DNA from: Alphaproteobacteria bacterium
GTDB lineage: Bacteria; Pseudomonadota; Alphaproteobacteria; MPNO01; UBA830
Direction: 5' to 3'
Length of the DNA stretch: 64,000 nucleotides
Assembly (NCBI GenBank): GCA_964291215.2
Contig: OZ219791.1
Location: 1,856,001-1,920,000 of the forward strand
The stretch's first letter is position 1, and every line of letters starts with the position of its first letter. Both the position numbers and the translations under genes were made by a program. Below, piece after piece: positions 1 through 10,956 of the stretch. Below the pieces are notes generated by a model. It worked only from the letters and a program-made list of their open reading frames with translations, ran no database searches and had not been told where the DNA came from.

Positions 1-30
1 CGTCCGGACTGCGATATGCGGCGCCCGCCG

Positions 31-924
31 TCATTTCCTGCCGGAGTCCGGCTCTTGCCGACGGCCTTCGCGCCTGCCGACGACATAGGTGCTCGCGCAG
101 ATGACGGCGGCTCCGGCCCAGGTCCAGAAATCGGTCGACTGGTGAAAGGCAAGCCATCCGATCAGTGCGGTCATCGGCAGCTGCACGTAGTTCACGATGA
201 CGACGAGGCCTGCCGGCGCCACGCGGAACGCCCTGGTCTGGCATTGCTGAGCGCCGACGGTGCACAGGCCGAGCGCCACCAAAAGAGGGATGTCCTTCAA
301 CCCGGGCTCGGCCCAGCCCCACAGCGCGCCGATGGCGGCGGGAGGAATCATCATGGCGTAGAGATAGAACACCATTGCGTTCGGGTGCTCGGTGAAGGCC
401 AGCTTCTTGGTTCCGATCAGCGCTGCCGCAAAGCCCGCCGCGGCCAGCAGTGTTGCGATCGCCGGCGCCGAGATCTCGATCAATCCGGGCCGCAGGATGA
501 TCAGGACGCCGATAAAACCGGTGGCCGTCGCCAACCATTGATGCAGGCTCGCCCGTTCGGCCAGCCAGACCGCCGCCATGATCACCGTGAACAGCGGCAT
601 CGTGAACAGGAGCGCGCTTGCGTTGGCGAGCGGCAAGCCGGCGATTCCGTACATCCAGCCGAGCGCGCCGAGATAGCTCAGCAGCATGCGCCAGATATAG
701 AGCCCGAGGCGACGGGTCCGCAGGATTCCGATCCCCGTGGCCAGCACCCACGGCAGCATGAACACGGCACCGAGCACGGCCCGGAACAGAACGATCTGCT
801 GAGCCGGAAAGGTATCCGACAACCCCCGGACGACGCCGTAGATGAGCGCGTAGAACAAGCTCGAAGGCAGCATCCAGAGGATGCCGCGCAGCGGCCCGGG
901 AAGTTCTGCCAGTTGTCGTCTCAT
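31..924 (-). CDS. DMT/EamA family transporter
   Basis: C-terminal part of the 31..2493 ORF from ATG 924 (MRRQLAELPGP); about 10 hydrophobic helices, LLFTMPLF and GFIGVLIILRPG motifs. Confidence 0.85.
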   Translation of the reverse strand: MRRQLAELPGPLRGILWMLPSSLFYALIYGVVRGLSDTFPAQQIVLFRAVLGAVFMLPWVLATGIGILRTRRLGLYIWRMLLSYLGALGWMYGIAGLPLANASALLFTMPLFTVIMAAVWLAERASLHQWLATATGFIGVLIILRPGLIEISAPAIATLLAAAGFAAALIGTKKLAFTEHPNAMVFYLYAMMIPPAAIGALWGWAEPGLKDIPLLVALGLCTVGAQQCQTRAFRVAPAGLVVIVNYVQLPMTALIGWLAFHQSTDFWTWAGAAVICASTYVVGRREGRRQEPDSGRK

Positions 925-1020
925 GCGAATTCGGGAATAGTGCTTCCCCCTTTGTCCGCGGCTTGGCTCGCCGCCTCGTCGTCGCCCGCTGAAGCGGGGC
1001 GGCGAATTTCTTCCGGAGAC

Positions 1021-2364
1021 ATGTCCATGCAAGCCCCCCGACCGCAACCCTACATACCGGAAACCCCGCGCTTCGCCGAGGACGCGGACACGCCGCGCGA
1101 CTTTCTCGAACGCTGCATCGAGAACATTGCGTCGCTGGAACCGCAGATCGGCGCCTTCGTGGCAACCGACTTCGAGGCGGCGCGGAGCGAGGCCGACGCC
1201 TCGACCGAACGCTGGAAGTCGGGGCGGCAGCTGTCGCCGATCGACGGCATGCCGGTGGGGATCAAGGACGTCATGGAAACGGCCCGCATGGCCACGGAAC
1301 AGGGGTCGCCGCTCTTCGAGGGATGGGTCGGCGGGCGCGACTGCGCCGCGGTAGTGGCGTTGCGCGAAGCCGGCGCGGTAATCATCGGAAAGACCGTGAC
1401 CACGGAATTTGCGGCGACGCAGCCGCGCGGCACGCGCAACCCGTGGGATCTCGAACGGACGCCGGGCGGCTCCTCCAGCGGTTCGGCCGCAGCGGTCGCA
1501 GCCGGCATGGCGCCGGCTGCGCTCGGCTCGCAGGTCATCGGATCCACTATCCGTCCGGCGAGCTACTGCGGCGTCCACGGGTACAAGCCGAGCGTCGGAG
1601 GGATCAACCGCGGCGGCAGCTTCGACGGTTTCAGCCAGAGCTGCACCGGCATTATCGCTGCCAGCCTCGAGGATACCTGGGTGACAGCGCGCGAGATCGC
1701 GGCGCGCGCTGGCGGCGATGCCGGCTATGTCGGCATCGCCGGCCCGATGTCCCTGCCGCCCGCAGCGGCGCCGCAGGTGGTCGCAATCCTCGAGACCGCC
1801 GGCTGGAGCAAGGCGACGGACGACGCGAAGGCAGCCCTGGACGATGCCCGCCGCCGTCTCGAAGAACACGGGATTCGCGTGGTTGACCGCAACGGCTCCG
1901 CGTCGGTTGCCGCCGTCGAGGACGCGATCGCCAACGCCATGGATATATCGATGAGCATCAATGCCTGGGAGGGGCGTTGGCCGCTCAACACCTACAGCCG
2001 CGACATGGATGCCGACAAGCTCAGCCAGGCGGCGCGCGATCGTCTGGTCGAAGCCGAGGCGCTCAGCCAGGAGGAATTCCGTGATCTCCTCGCCGAGCGC
2101 GCGCGCGTGCGCGGCGTCTATGCGGCGCTTGCCGGAGAGGTCGATGCCTGCGTGACGCTCGCCGCGCCCGCCGCTGCGCCCGTGGGTCTCGACTGGACCG
2201 GCGATCCGTCGTTCACAGTCCACACGTCCCTGATCGGCATGCCGGCTGTGACCCTGCCGGTGCTTGCCGATGACGGTCTTCCGCTCGGGCTGCAGATCAT
2301 CGGGTTCACTGATGCCGACGCTTCGCTGATGGCGATCGCCGGCGGCGTTGCCACGCTTTACTAA
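1021..2364 (+). CDS. Amidase-signature family amidase
   Basis: GGAG upstream of ATG 1021; GMPVGIKD, GKTVTTEFA, TPGGSSSGSAAAVA, IRPASYCG motifs. Confidence 0.9.
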   Translation: MSMQAPRPQPYIPETPRFAEDADTPRDFLERCIENIASLEPQIGAFVATDFEAARSEADASTERWKSGRQLSPIDGMPVGIKDVMETARMATEQGSPLFEGWVGGRDCAAVVALREAGAVIIGKTVTTEFAATQPRGTRNPWDLERTPGGSSSGSAAAVAAGMAPAALGSQVIGSTIRPASYCGVHGYKPSVGGINRGGSFDGFSQSCTGIIAASLEDTWVTAREIAARAGGDAGYVGIAGPMSLPPAAAPQVVAILETAGWSKATDDAKAALDDARRRLEEHGIRVVDRNGSASVAAVEDAIANAMDISMSINAWEGRWPLNTYSRDMDADKLSQAARDRLVEAEALSQEEFRDLLAERARVRGVYAALAGEVDACVTLAAPAAAPVGLDWTGDPSFTVHTSLIGMPAVTLPVLADDGLPLGLQIIGFTDADASLMAIAGGVATLY

Positions 2365-2392
2365 TGGCCGCGGGTCGAGGAGGGCAAGGCAG

Positions 2393-3376
2393 ATGATCCG
2401 GGCCGGAATCGTGGGAATGGGGCGCTGGGGGCAGAACCTTGCGAGCTCCGTTGCCGGCGGGAGCGAGGCTATCCGGATCACGGCCGGTTTCACGCGGACG
2501 CCGTCGAAGGTTGCGGACTTCGCTGCTACTAGCGGTATCCAGCTGCATGACAGCTACGAGTCGCTGCTCGCCGACGAGGAGATCGACGCCGTCGTGCTCG
2601 CGTCGCCGCACAGTGTGCACTTCGCGCAGATCATGGCGGCGGCGGAAGCGGGCAAGCATGTGTTCTGCGAGAAACCGTTCTGCCTCAGCGGTGCCGAGGC
2701 GCGCCGGGCGCTCGACGCCCTGGCTGCCCGGGGGCTGCGCGCTGGGATCGGGCACAACCGCCGCTTTTCGCCCAATGCCGTCGCTCTCGGGGAACTAATT
2801 GCAGGCGGCGATCTCGGCGACATGATCCAGATCGAGGGCAATTTCTCGGCCAACATGGCCGGCTATGCCAACGAATGGCGGGACAGTAGCATCGAGAGTC
2901 CAGCCGGGGGCATGACGTCTCTCGGGATTCATGTGGTCGACATGTTCATCAACCTCTTCGGCCGCGTTGAATCGGTGCAGGCGGCGGGTGCCCGCGTGGC
3001 GATTCCGCTCGACCTGGAAGATGCCATGACGGTGCTGCTGCGGTTCGAGGGCGGTCAGCTCGGTTATCTCGGCACGGTGGCGGCGACCGGCATGCTGTGG
3101 CAGGTCCGCGCTTTCGGAACGAAGGGTTGGGCGGAGATTTCCGGTCTCGACAGGCTCGCCGTTCAGATGGCGGACGGCACCGGCGACACGAAATCCTGGG
3201 ACGGATACGGATATCCCGGACTGCCGACGATCGCAGCCGGGCTCGAGGCCTTCGCGAGAGACTGCGAAGGCGGTGATCCGTTCCCGGTCACTCCCGACCA
3301 GATTTACCACGGGACATCGGTTCTCGAAGCGACAATCCGGTCCACCGAGACCAGCGAGCGTGTGACTGTGAGGTGA
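2393..3376 (+). CDS. Gfo/Idh/MocA family oxidoreductase
   Basis: GIVGMGRWG Rossmann motif, GKHVFCEKP, GHNRRF. Confidence 0.9.
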   Translation: MIRAGIVGMGRWGQNLASSVAGGSEAIRITAGFTRTPSKVADFAATSGIQLHDSYESLLADEEIDAVVLASPHSVHFAQIMAAAEAGKHVFCEKPFCLSGAEARRALDALAARGLRAGIGHNRRFSPNAVALGELIAGGDLGDMIQIEGNFSANMAGYANEWRDSSIESPAGGMTSLGIHVVDMFINLFGRVESVQAAGARVAIPLDLEDAMTVLLRFEGGQLGYLGTVAATGMLWQVRAFGTKGWAEISGLDRLAVQMADGTGDTKSWDGYGYPGLPTIAAGLEAFARDCEGGDPFPVTPDQIYHGTSVLEATIRSTETSERVTVR

Positions 3377-3452
3377 CTGCGGACGCCGGCTCGTCGAGAT
3401 CGTTGCGGGACATGGTAATGTCGATATCCTCGGCGAACCGGCGGATCAGGCC
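3375..3452 (-). pseudogene. Short fragment of AbiEii/AbiGii-like nucleotidyltransferase toxin
   Basis: GLIRRFAEDIDITMSRNDL resembles the RFSEDID motif; no surrounding gene. Confidence 0.45.
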
Positions 3453-3655
3453 GACGACGGGCAAGCCACGCATCGGGGTGTCGTCCGTTGCCTGAACCGA
3501 ATCTGCTGGAACAGCAATGGCAATGTTGCACACCGAATTTGATCGGCTCCCGGGGCAAGTTCACTCGGGTTCGCCCGCCGTGCGTCGTTGACCTTCTTGC
3601 TGTTTTCACTGAAAAGCTCCAGCCGATCTGAACCGCACATATCGGAAAGGCCGTC

Positions 3656-4648
3656 ATGCCCAAGTCCGAAAGACTCCCGACCGCGATCACCCGCCTGTTG
3701 GAGATCGACCACCCGGTGCTGCTCGCTCCCATGGGCGGAGTGGCGGGCGGCGCACTGGCCGGTGCGGTCTCTTCCGCCGGCGGGCTGGGGCTGATTGGCG
3801 CCGGTTATGCCGACCCCGCGCTCGGCTTTGGCTCGGATGGCTGGATCCGCGACGAGTTCGCCAAGGCAGGCAACCACTCTGTCGGCATCGGCTTTATCAC
3901 CTGGGCGCTCGACCGGCGTCCGGGCGCACTCGATGTCGCATTGGAATCCGAGCCGCACGCCGTCATGCTGTCCTTCGGCGACATAGCTCCGTACGCTGCG
4001 AAGATACGGGACGCTGGCGCCACCCTGATCTGTCAGGTCCAGACGCCGAGGGATGCACGGGAAGCGGCGGAGAAGGGTGCCGAGATCGTGGTTGCCCAGG
4101 GGACCGAGGCCGGCGGACACGGAGCTGACCGCGCAACGCTGCCGCTGGTGCCCGCAGTCGCAGATGTGGTGGCGCCGGTTCCGGTTGCCGCCGCCGGCGG
4201 TATCGCCGACGGGCGAGGTCTGGCCGCCGCGTTGATGCTGGGCGCGGAGGGCGCGATGATCGGGACCCGGTTCTGGGCGACCCCTGAGGCGCTGGGACAT
4301 GCGAACCAGAAGGCCCTGATCGAGCGGTCCGGTGGCGACGACACGCTGCGCACCAGGGTTTTCGATACGGCACGCGGCATAGTCTGGCCGGAATCCTGGA
4401 CCGGACGCGCCATCCGCAATGCCTTCGCCGAGACTTGGGACGGACGCGACGACGAATTGCGCGCTGAAGGTCCGGCGATGCGCGAACGCTTTTTCGCCGC
4501 ACAGCGCGAGGGCGTCATCGACATGGCCGTCACCTTTGCCGGTGAAGGGCTGGATCTGATCGCCGATCGGCCGGGCGCCGGCGCGCTGGTGGAGCGGATT
4601 GTGGCCGAAGCGGTCGTGGCGCTGGCCACGGCACCGAGGCCGGGATAA
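3656..4648 (+). CDS. Nitronate monooxygenase family flavoprotein
   Basis: HPVLLAPMGG, VAQGTEAGGHG, AAGGIADGRGLAAAL, GTRF motifs. Confidence 0.9.
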   Translation: MPKSERLPTAITRLLEIDHPVLLAPMGGVAGGALAGAVSSAGGLGLIGAGYADPALGFGSDGWIRDEFAKAGNHSVGIGFITWALDRRPGALDVALESEPHAVMLSFGDIAPYAAKIRDAGATLICQVQTPRDAREAAEKGAEIVVAQGTEAGGHGADRATLPLVPAVADVVAPVPVAAAGGIADGRGLAAALMLGAEGAMIGTRFWATPEALGHANQKALIERSGGDDTLRTRVFDTARGIVWPESWTGRAIRNAFAETWDGRDDELRAEGPAMRERFFAAQREGVIDMAVTFAGEGLDLIADRPGAGALVERIVAEAVVALATAPRPG

Positions 4649-4649
4649 A

Positions 4650-4763
4650 CGGTCCAGGCCGCGAGACGGTCTCGACTTCCTTTTTTCCAACGCTGGGCAT
4701 TTCTTCGACCACCTGTTGATGCTGATCTTTGCGGCGATGGCTGCGTTGCGGCTGACTGGCGGC
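4650..4763 (+). pseudogene. N-terminal fragment of an MFS transporter
   Basis: RDGLDFLFSNAGHFFDHLLMLIFAAMAALRL resembles TM1 (GHxxDH) of an alphaproteobacterial MFS family; truncated. Confidence 0.45.
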
Positions 4764-4859
4764 ACTGTACCGACGGGCCCATCTCGCATCGGCGGCGACA
4801 TCACGAGCCTGAAAAGGTGATGCGGCGCCGCTCGCCCGATTTCGCCCACGCATCGTGGG

Positions 4860-4975
4860 CCCGCTACGGCGGAATTTTCCTGCACAGGATCAATGCACCC
4901 GTCACTCCGCTCGACGCCGTGCTCCAGTACAGGGAGCTGCTCATGGCGAAGTCGTTGTTCCGGGCAGCCAAGAGC
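4860..4975 (+). pseudogene. IS1634-like transposase fragment
   Basis: RYGGIFLHRINAPVTPLDAVLQYRELLMAKSLFRAAK resembles the IS1634 DG.F.LRTN...Y..L..VE..FR segment. Confidence 0.45.
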
Positions 4976-4994
4976 CCGGCATTGGCCTTGGGGG

Positions 4995-5276
4995 TCAGGC
5001 GGTGGCGAACCTGCGGACCTTGACCGGCGTCCGGTTGTGCTGCGTGCGCCAGAGATCATATTGCATCTGCTGCACCAGCCAGCTCTCGGGGTTGCCGCCG
5101 AAGGCCTCGGACAGTCGGATCCCCATCTCCGGCGATATGCCGATTCGGCCGTTGAGCAGCATCGACAGCGTATTGCGTGATATTGAAAGACCCTTCGCGG
5201 CCTCGCTCACCGTCAGTCTGAGGGGTTCGAGGCACTGGCGCCGGATGAGCGTGACGGGGTGGGGCGGGTCGTGCAT
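4995..5276 (-). CDS. higA: HigA family antitoxin (HTH)
   Basis: MHDPPHP...[31 protein letters not shown]...W..Q..YDL. Confidence 0.9.
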   Translation of the reverse strand: MHDPPHPVTLIRRQCLEPLRLTVSEAAKGLSISRNTLSMLLNGRIGISPEMGIRLSEAFGGNPESWLVQQMQYDLWRTQHNRTPVKVRRFATA

Positions 5277-5291
5277 GGGCGTTGGCTCCTG

Positions 5292-5573
5292 GTGGTAGTC
5301 CGGGCAGTCGACGCCAGCGGCGTGGCCGTTCTCGAAGCGGAAGACCACCCGCCAGTTGGCGCACACCGTGACCGCTCAGAACCCGGCATACTCGCCCCGG
5401 AGCGGGTGCAGCCGGAAACCGGGCAGGTCCATGTCGTCCGGCGCAGCCGATGCGTTGAGCCGCACGAGGATGTCGCGCACGGTCCCGCTGTGCTCGGGAC
5501 GGATGCGGCGCTCGTCACCGCGTTGCATGAGCCGCCTGAGCGCCCGGCTCCTGAAGCTCCGTATGATAGCCAA
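5292..5573 (-). pseudogene. higB: HigB (RelE-like) toxin with in-frame TGA
   Basis: [45 protein letters not shown]; TGA at 5376-5378 replaces the conserved Trp. Confidence 0.8.
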
Positions 5574-5931
5574 CCGAAATACGCATTATGGCATATGTCA
5601 AGATGGAGCGCGTCCATTGGCCGCGGTCTGGCAGGCGTTTCTCATGCTGTGTTTAATTTCAGACGTCCTGACCTCGGCTTTGATTTCTTCCAATCAGAGT
5701 GATGCTTCTGGGCCGAGTTTGCGTGCGTTGTCTGGCAGTTCGTAGATCATGCGGAGACCGGTTCCGGAGCTTCTTCACCGCCCGCTGCACGGTCGCGCGG
5801 CTCACGCCGCCTGCAGGTCTCTTTGAGGTTCCGATCTGGACGGCTTCAGGAGGGTGCATCGCGAGCGTGTTCATGGCCGGGGCCATCCAATTCCAAGCAT
5901 CATGGTATATCGTACCATCACGCGGCTACGT

Positions 5932-6056
5932 GTAAGCGTTCGGTCACGCGGTGACGACTGATTCTGGTCGATTCCGAGCCTTCTGACAATCTGCCGACAA
6001 AACGCATCCTTAACCGGTGACGATCGCCAACAATCACCCCGTGACCGAACGCTTAC
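5932..6056. mobile_element. 125-bp IS66-type MITE
   Basis: Terminal IR GTAAGCGTTCGGTCACG(C/G)GGTGA at both ends; 8-bp flanks GGCTACGT/GGGTACGT (7/8); the same end occurs at 61284. Confidence 0.8.
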
Positions 6057-6139
6057 GGGTACGTTGTCAAGAAAAAACCGGGAAAATCGTTGATTGTGCT
6101 GGAAGAAAGCGGAGCCGGACCGATCAAGTCAACTCACGA

Positions 6140-7620
6140 GGTCAGGACATCTGAATTTTGCTGTCTTCTGCTGTCCGGAGGTTTCACAGGTCCGACCCTG
6201 CCAGGTTTTCCGGCTTCGGGGCCGTCCGCGGTCGTCGCCGGCGGCGTTATCGGCGCGTGGGCGGGTTGTTTTCGGGATGTGGGCAGGATGTGGGCGGCGT
6301 CCGGGAATCGGCCGGACGTTATTGGCGCTCAGGGCTGCGACGGTTTCCCGGCGGTCGAGCCGCCACCGTGTTTCGGCGAGGCTCTCGCGTCGGTTGGCGA
6401 AGATCACCGCGAGCGCGATGTTGTCGAGTCTGGCGCGGTTTGCCGGTCAGGCAGGCGTCCTCGCCGAAGACGCAGTCTCGGTGGTTCATGTTTTCCGCGG
6501 CCCGGTGCCCGCGGCCGCAGCAGTCCCTCTGGCGACGCGTATTGCGCATCGAGCGAGGTGATGATGTACCGGTGCAGTCGTTGCCGCTCGCTGCGCCGCT
6601 GGCGCTCTTTCCCGGCGGCTTGCGGTAGCATGCGGGCGATCTGCCGGGGTAGTTGATCAGGTCCTCGAGCGGCACGTATCGAGCGCTGCTCGAGGCGGGC
6701 CTTGCCTCCCTGAAGCGGCCATCCGTCTCCCGGTCGATGCCGTCGAAGGTTTCGGGCGCCCTTGACCGGGAAGACGTGGTCTGCGCCGCAGCGCCGGGTT
6801 ATCAGCGTCGCCGGCGTCGTGCGGGTGATCACCTTGCCGCGGACATCGGTGCGCTTGAGGAGGTGGCCGCCAGCTCGCCGTCGTCGAAGTTCAACAGCGC
6901 GAAGGGTGCGCCGGAGGCGTGAGGGCCACGGTCTCATGGTCGCCGTTGCGGTTAGCGCCCGGGCGAGCCGGCGGCCGAGCACATCCTCGAGCGCCTCGGG
7001 ATCGATCGACTGCCCGGTGGAGGGTCGCCCTGGAGGGCGGCTCGCGCAGCTCCGTCCTCGGGTTCCGCCGATGGCCTCGAGCTCGTCCCGGGACAGCGAC
7101 CGCGCAAACCGCGCAGCTGCCTTTCATGTTCGCAAGCTCGGCGAGAACGTGAGCACACCGTGTGCTCCCTGCGCGGCGGAAGTCCTCGATCGCCGCCAGC
7201 TCGTCGTGCAGCGAACGCATCACTTCGGAACCCCGGGGAGCGAAGAGGCAGGCGGCGCCACCGCAGCGCCTGCGACAGCAGCCGTCGCGCCGCAGCGGCA
7301 CGATGAAAATCTCTTTGCCATGGGAGGTCGGTGCAGCGCCCGTTGGCGCGGGCAAACCCCCTGGCACGCCAGCCCGCCGCCTTGTGCCCGCAAAACGCTC
7401 CGGATCGCAGAACGTCTCCGCCACCTGGTGGCCGCAGGCCCGGTCGTCGGCCAGCCGCCGCGTCGCAAGAAAGAAGGAGGCAAGGTTCGGAAACGTTCCC
7501 GGCGCCGCACGCAGTCGCGTGTTGTCAGATCAAGCCACTGCTGCTCCGGCTTCCAGCCACCGGTCGCGCCACTTGAAGGCCCCGTCACGCCGCCAGACCA
7601 CTGCCCCCTGAAGGACGCAA
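6140..7620 (-). mobile_element. Degraded ISAs1-family element (probable DUF4338 plus transposase remnants)
   Basis: RYIITSL..ASPEGLL..RGHRAAENMNHRDCVFGED resembles ISAs1 RGHW.IEN..H..RD..F.ED; many frameshifts; boundaries approximate. Confidence 0.6.
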
Positions 7621-7818
7621 TATGGCGCAGCCTCGCCAGACAGCGAAACCCGAGATAGTCGTCCATCAACGCAGCGGACGCTCCTCGGGCTTCGCAAACC
7701 TCGGACAGACCCTTCCGGAGCTGCGACGTGAATCGGACAGGACGCGATGTACTTGTGAACCGACATTCCCGCACCATGACAACTCCAGTGCAGGAAAGCC
7801 AGCGAAAACTGCCCCCCG

Positions 7819-8997
7819 TTCCATAGTGAAGTGCAACACATGATGGGCTGTGACCATGTGTTTTTAGACGCATGATGTTGCGGAGCGGTAGCGGCGAGAG
7901 TTCCTGTACAAGATGAAGGGAGCTTGTTCATGTCCAAAGGCTACCGTCACCTACGAAGAGCGATGCCAGATTGAGGCAGAAAAGCGGTCTTTCACAAGGT
8001 GCGATTGCTCGGCGGCTGGGCCGATCAACAATTTTCCGGGAGATCAAGCGCAACACCGGGGGACGGGGTTACCGTCACAAGCAGGCGCAAAGGATGGCAG
8101 AAACGCAGGGCCGCCTTGTCTGTTTCTTGGCGGTTGACGCCTCGGGCTGAAGCTCAGAAAAAGCTGCGGGAGGGCCCCGAGCAGCGGCCGTTTTCGACTG
8201 GAGGGCCGTGGGTTGGCAACGGATCCATGATCGCCGAAGATCGGAGAGCCGGGGCGTCTTGTGGAAGAAGCTTCGGCGGCGCGGCAAGAAGCCGAACTGG
8301 AAGGGCGGATGCCATTCCGGCCGGGTGGACATTTCCGAGCGCCCTGCGGAGGCAAAGGAACGGATCGGCGACTGGGAGCCATCATCGGCAAAGCTCACAG
8401 TGGAGCTGTCGTGTCGCTCGTGCCACGAAATACGCCTTGCTGGGTGGACAGAAAGACACGGTCAGTTCGGTCATGATCCGCCTGCTCGGCTCTGGTGCGC
8501 TATTGGTCCACACAATCACGTCAGACAACGGCAAGGAGTTCGCAGACCACAGGCGTGTCGCACTTGACGCAGATTTCTTCTTCGCCTTTCCATTCTTGGG
8601 AGCGCGGCTTGAATGAGCACACCAACGGCCTGGTGCGGGAGTACTTCCCGAAGGGCACGGACTTTCGCGCGACATGCAACGAAGATGTTCAGAAGGTGCG
8701 GCTCAACACTCGGAAAGTCCTGGGATCGCCGACGGAGGTAATCTTGAAGTGAAACCGCCCTGACCATCTGCGTTCCGCAGCCGCAACGTGCAGCAGGGTC
8801 CATGCCGCGCGACGGCGGAATAGTGGCTTGAAGCCGACAAAGGCGTTGCATAAGCTCGATGTTGAAGGAACTGAAGCTGTTCCCAGGCGGAATCGAGAGG
8901 GGCAGAGGGGGAAAATTTGTGCAACATCCGGCGCCCATCTCCGTTCGGGCTACGCCCTCACTGCGATGGGGGCCGGATGTTGCACTTCAGACTGGAA
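7819..8997 (+). mobile_element. IS30-family element with pseudogenised transposase
   Basis: IR TTCCATAGTGAAGTGCAACA / TGTTGCACTTCAGACTGGAA; TYEERCQI, TITSDNGKEFADH, SWERGLNEHTNGLVREYFPKGTDF split across frames. Confidence 0.85.
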
Positions 8998-9065
8998 GTG
9001 GGGTGAAAAAAATCTCTCGCACCAACCCGCGCCCCCGCAAAACCCAGGTGCTGCCTTGAAAAATC

Positions 9066-10500
9066 GTATCTACTCACCCCTAGTTGGGTTCTGATTGGTC
9101 GTAGTGCTCGTTGATGATGCCTGCGGCTTTTCCGTCGAGGGCGATCTGGGTGGCGACGTGATGATTGTAGCCGAGTGCGGCCATGGAGGTGAGGTAGCTT
9201 GAGCCCCGGCACCATGCTTTTGCGTGGAGCGGAAGCATCCGGACACCTTGACCTTTGCCATCCTGATCTTCTGTTCTCCGGCATTGTTGGTGAAGCTGAC
9301 GTCGGGGTCGTCTGTGAAGCGCAGGTTTTCGTGTTTCACGAGACGTTCGTGCAGGTTGTGCGCGTTTGCGATGTGTTTTCCTTTCGGCGGGATGTCGGGC
9401 AGTTCCTTGGCGCCCTGATGGTGCGGTAGCGCACGGCCTCGTTCAGGGTCCTGGATGTGCTCTTGTTGATCTTGTGGCAGACCTCGCGGAGCAGGCTCTT
9501 CATCAGTCGCGCGGTAGCCTCGACGACGAAGGTAAGTTCGCGCAGCAGGTGGCTGCCGCTGGTGGCTACACTGCCATGTACGAGGCCCAGGACGCCCTTG
9601 TAGCACGGGCCGATCTCTTGCTTGCGGTGCGGGAACTTGCACGTCCCGACGACATGGAGCCACTTGCCGTTGATCCGAAATCATCGACATCGGGCGTTGC
9701 AGGAGGTGCGCCATGGCGGCCTCCTCCCATGACGCATCGTGAAAGCATGGCCGAGGCCTCGGAGAGCTTGATGCCGGAGATCGCCTGCACGAGCGCGACG
9801 GCGCAGGGACAGCATCTGGGCGACCAGCAGGTTGATGACGAGGGCTTGGATGCCGTACTGCACGGGATGTTGTCGGGGAACCGGCCCTTGCACTTCGGGC
9901 ATTCCTCGGCGTCGACGCGGCGCGACCTCGAACACGATGTCGTGCGGCGCTCGACGGGGTCGACGCCGTCGGCGCCGCAGGCGTCGCAAGCATCGACCGC
10001 GACCGTCTCCTCGACGATGGCAGGTTGTCGCCCATCTGCTGGTTCGGCTTCGGGCCGTTGCTCCCGGCACGCTCTTGTCCGTCTGTGACGGCGGCAGACC
10101 GGAGTTCCGGCTCGTGCGTGGTCTTCTCCAGAAGGACGACGATGAGGATGCCGAGCAGGAGGACGCGGATCACGGCCTCTTCCGCCACCTTGCCGGCAGC
10201 GTCGCGGTCTTGGCCGCTTCGAACTCCTCGCGCGCCGCCCGTCGCCATCACCCGGCCTTGCGCTTCATCAGCGCGCCGCTTCCGAGATGCGTTTCCACAT
10301 ACAGATCATGCGGGGGCTGGAGCCCCGGAAGCAGCTGGCACAGCCCGCTCGTCGCCTTCGATCCAAAGTAGCCCACTGGCGGTCCCCGTCGTTCTCGATT
10401 ACCACCACTAAACGAATCGGCCTGCAGTGTCAAATCTCCACGAAAACCCGTTCGTTACTCTACCCCGACATCAAGCCGGAACCAGGGGGTGAGCAGTTAC
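9066..10500 (-). mobile_element. IS66-family element copy 1 (degraded) with methyltransferase passenger remnant
   Basis: Ends GTATCTACTCACCCC / GGGGTGAGCAGTTAC; perfect 8-bp TSD GAAAAATC; FTNNAGEQKIRMAKVKVSGCFR. Confidence 0.9.
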
Positions 10501-10956
10501 GAAAAATCAAACAGAATTTAGCGTGAGTTTCCCCTGACGGTCTGGATCTCCGTGCGCTCCGCCGCCTTGGCGGCATAATATCTTTGCGGCGCGCAATATG
10601 GTCCGGAGAGCCTCCGCTAGGCGATCCGCGGCTTCCGCGACTGCTTCGGTGGATGCGTCGCCATCTGTGAACGCCTCTTCGACGTCTGGGAAGGTGGCCG
10701 AAAGGCTGCCTCATAGTACGCAGGCCGAACCTCTCCGATTGTGCCATGCAGTTGCAAGACACGAAACGGTTTACGACAACCTCTTCGGGTTCCTGTCCAT
10801 TGCTTGAACCCTTGCGGCTCGACCCGGCGACAACATTTGGCCCGTATTCGAGAATCCGGGTAGCATGGCGTATGCCGCTGCCATGGCGTTGAACCAGCGC
10901 CGGGCGGATTGATGGCTGCACGGCAGCGCCGGCGAGCGGGAACACGGGAGATGCGC

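Noticed and set aside
16-2493. 782-aa and 820-aa ORFs as fusion proteins
   Set aside because: Each is one real gene plus an open antisense frame of its divergent neighbour
5376-5378. TGA as selenocysteine or alternative genetic code
   Set aside because: It is a Trp position, and TGA terminates many intact genes in this window
5659-5886. Small HTH-like ORF (GVSRATVQRAVK)
   Set aside because: Only a short motif, and the rest is unconvincing; at most a remnant
8920-8984. 20-bp hairpin as an independent RNA or REP element
   Set aside because: Lies within the IS30 right end and overlaps its IR
10500-10950. Cobalamin or SAM riboswitch before the MetE-like genes
   Set aside because: No recognisable conserved boxes by eye; a covariance-model search would be needed
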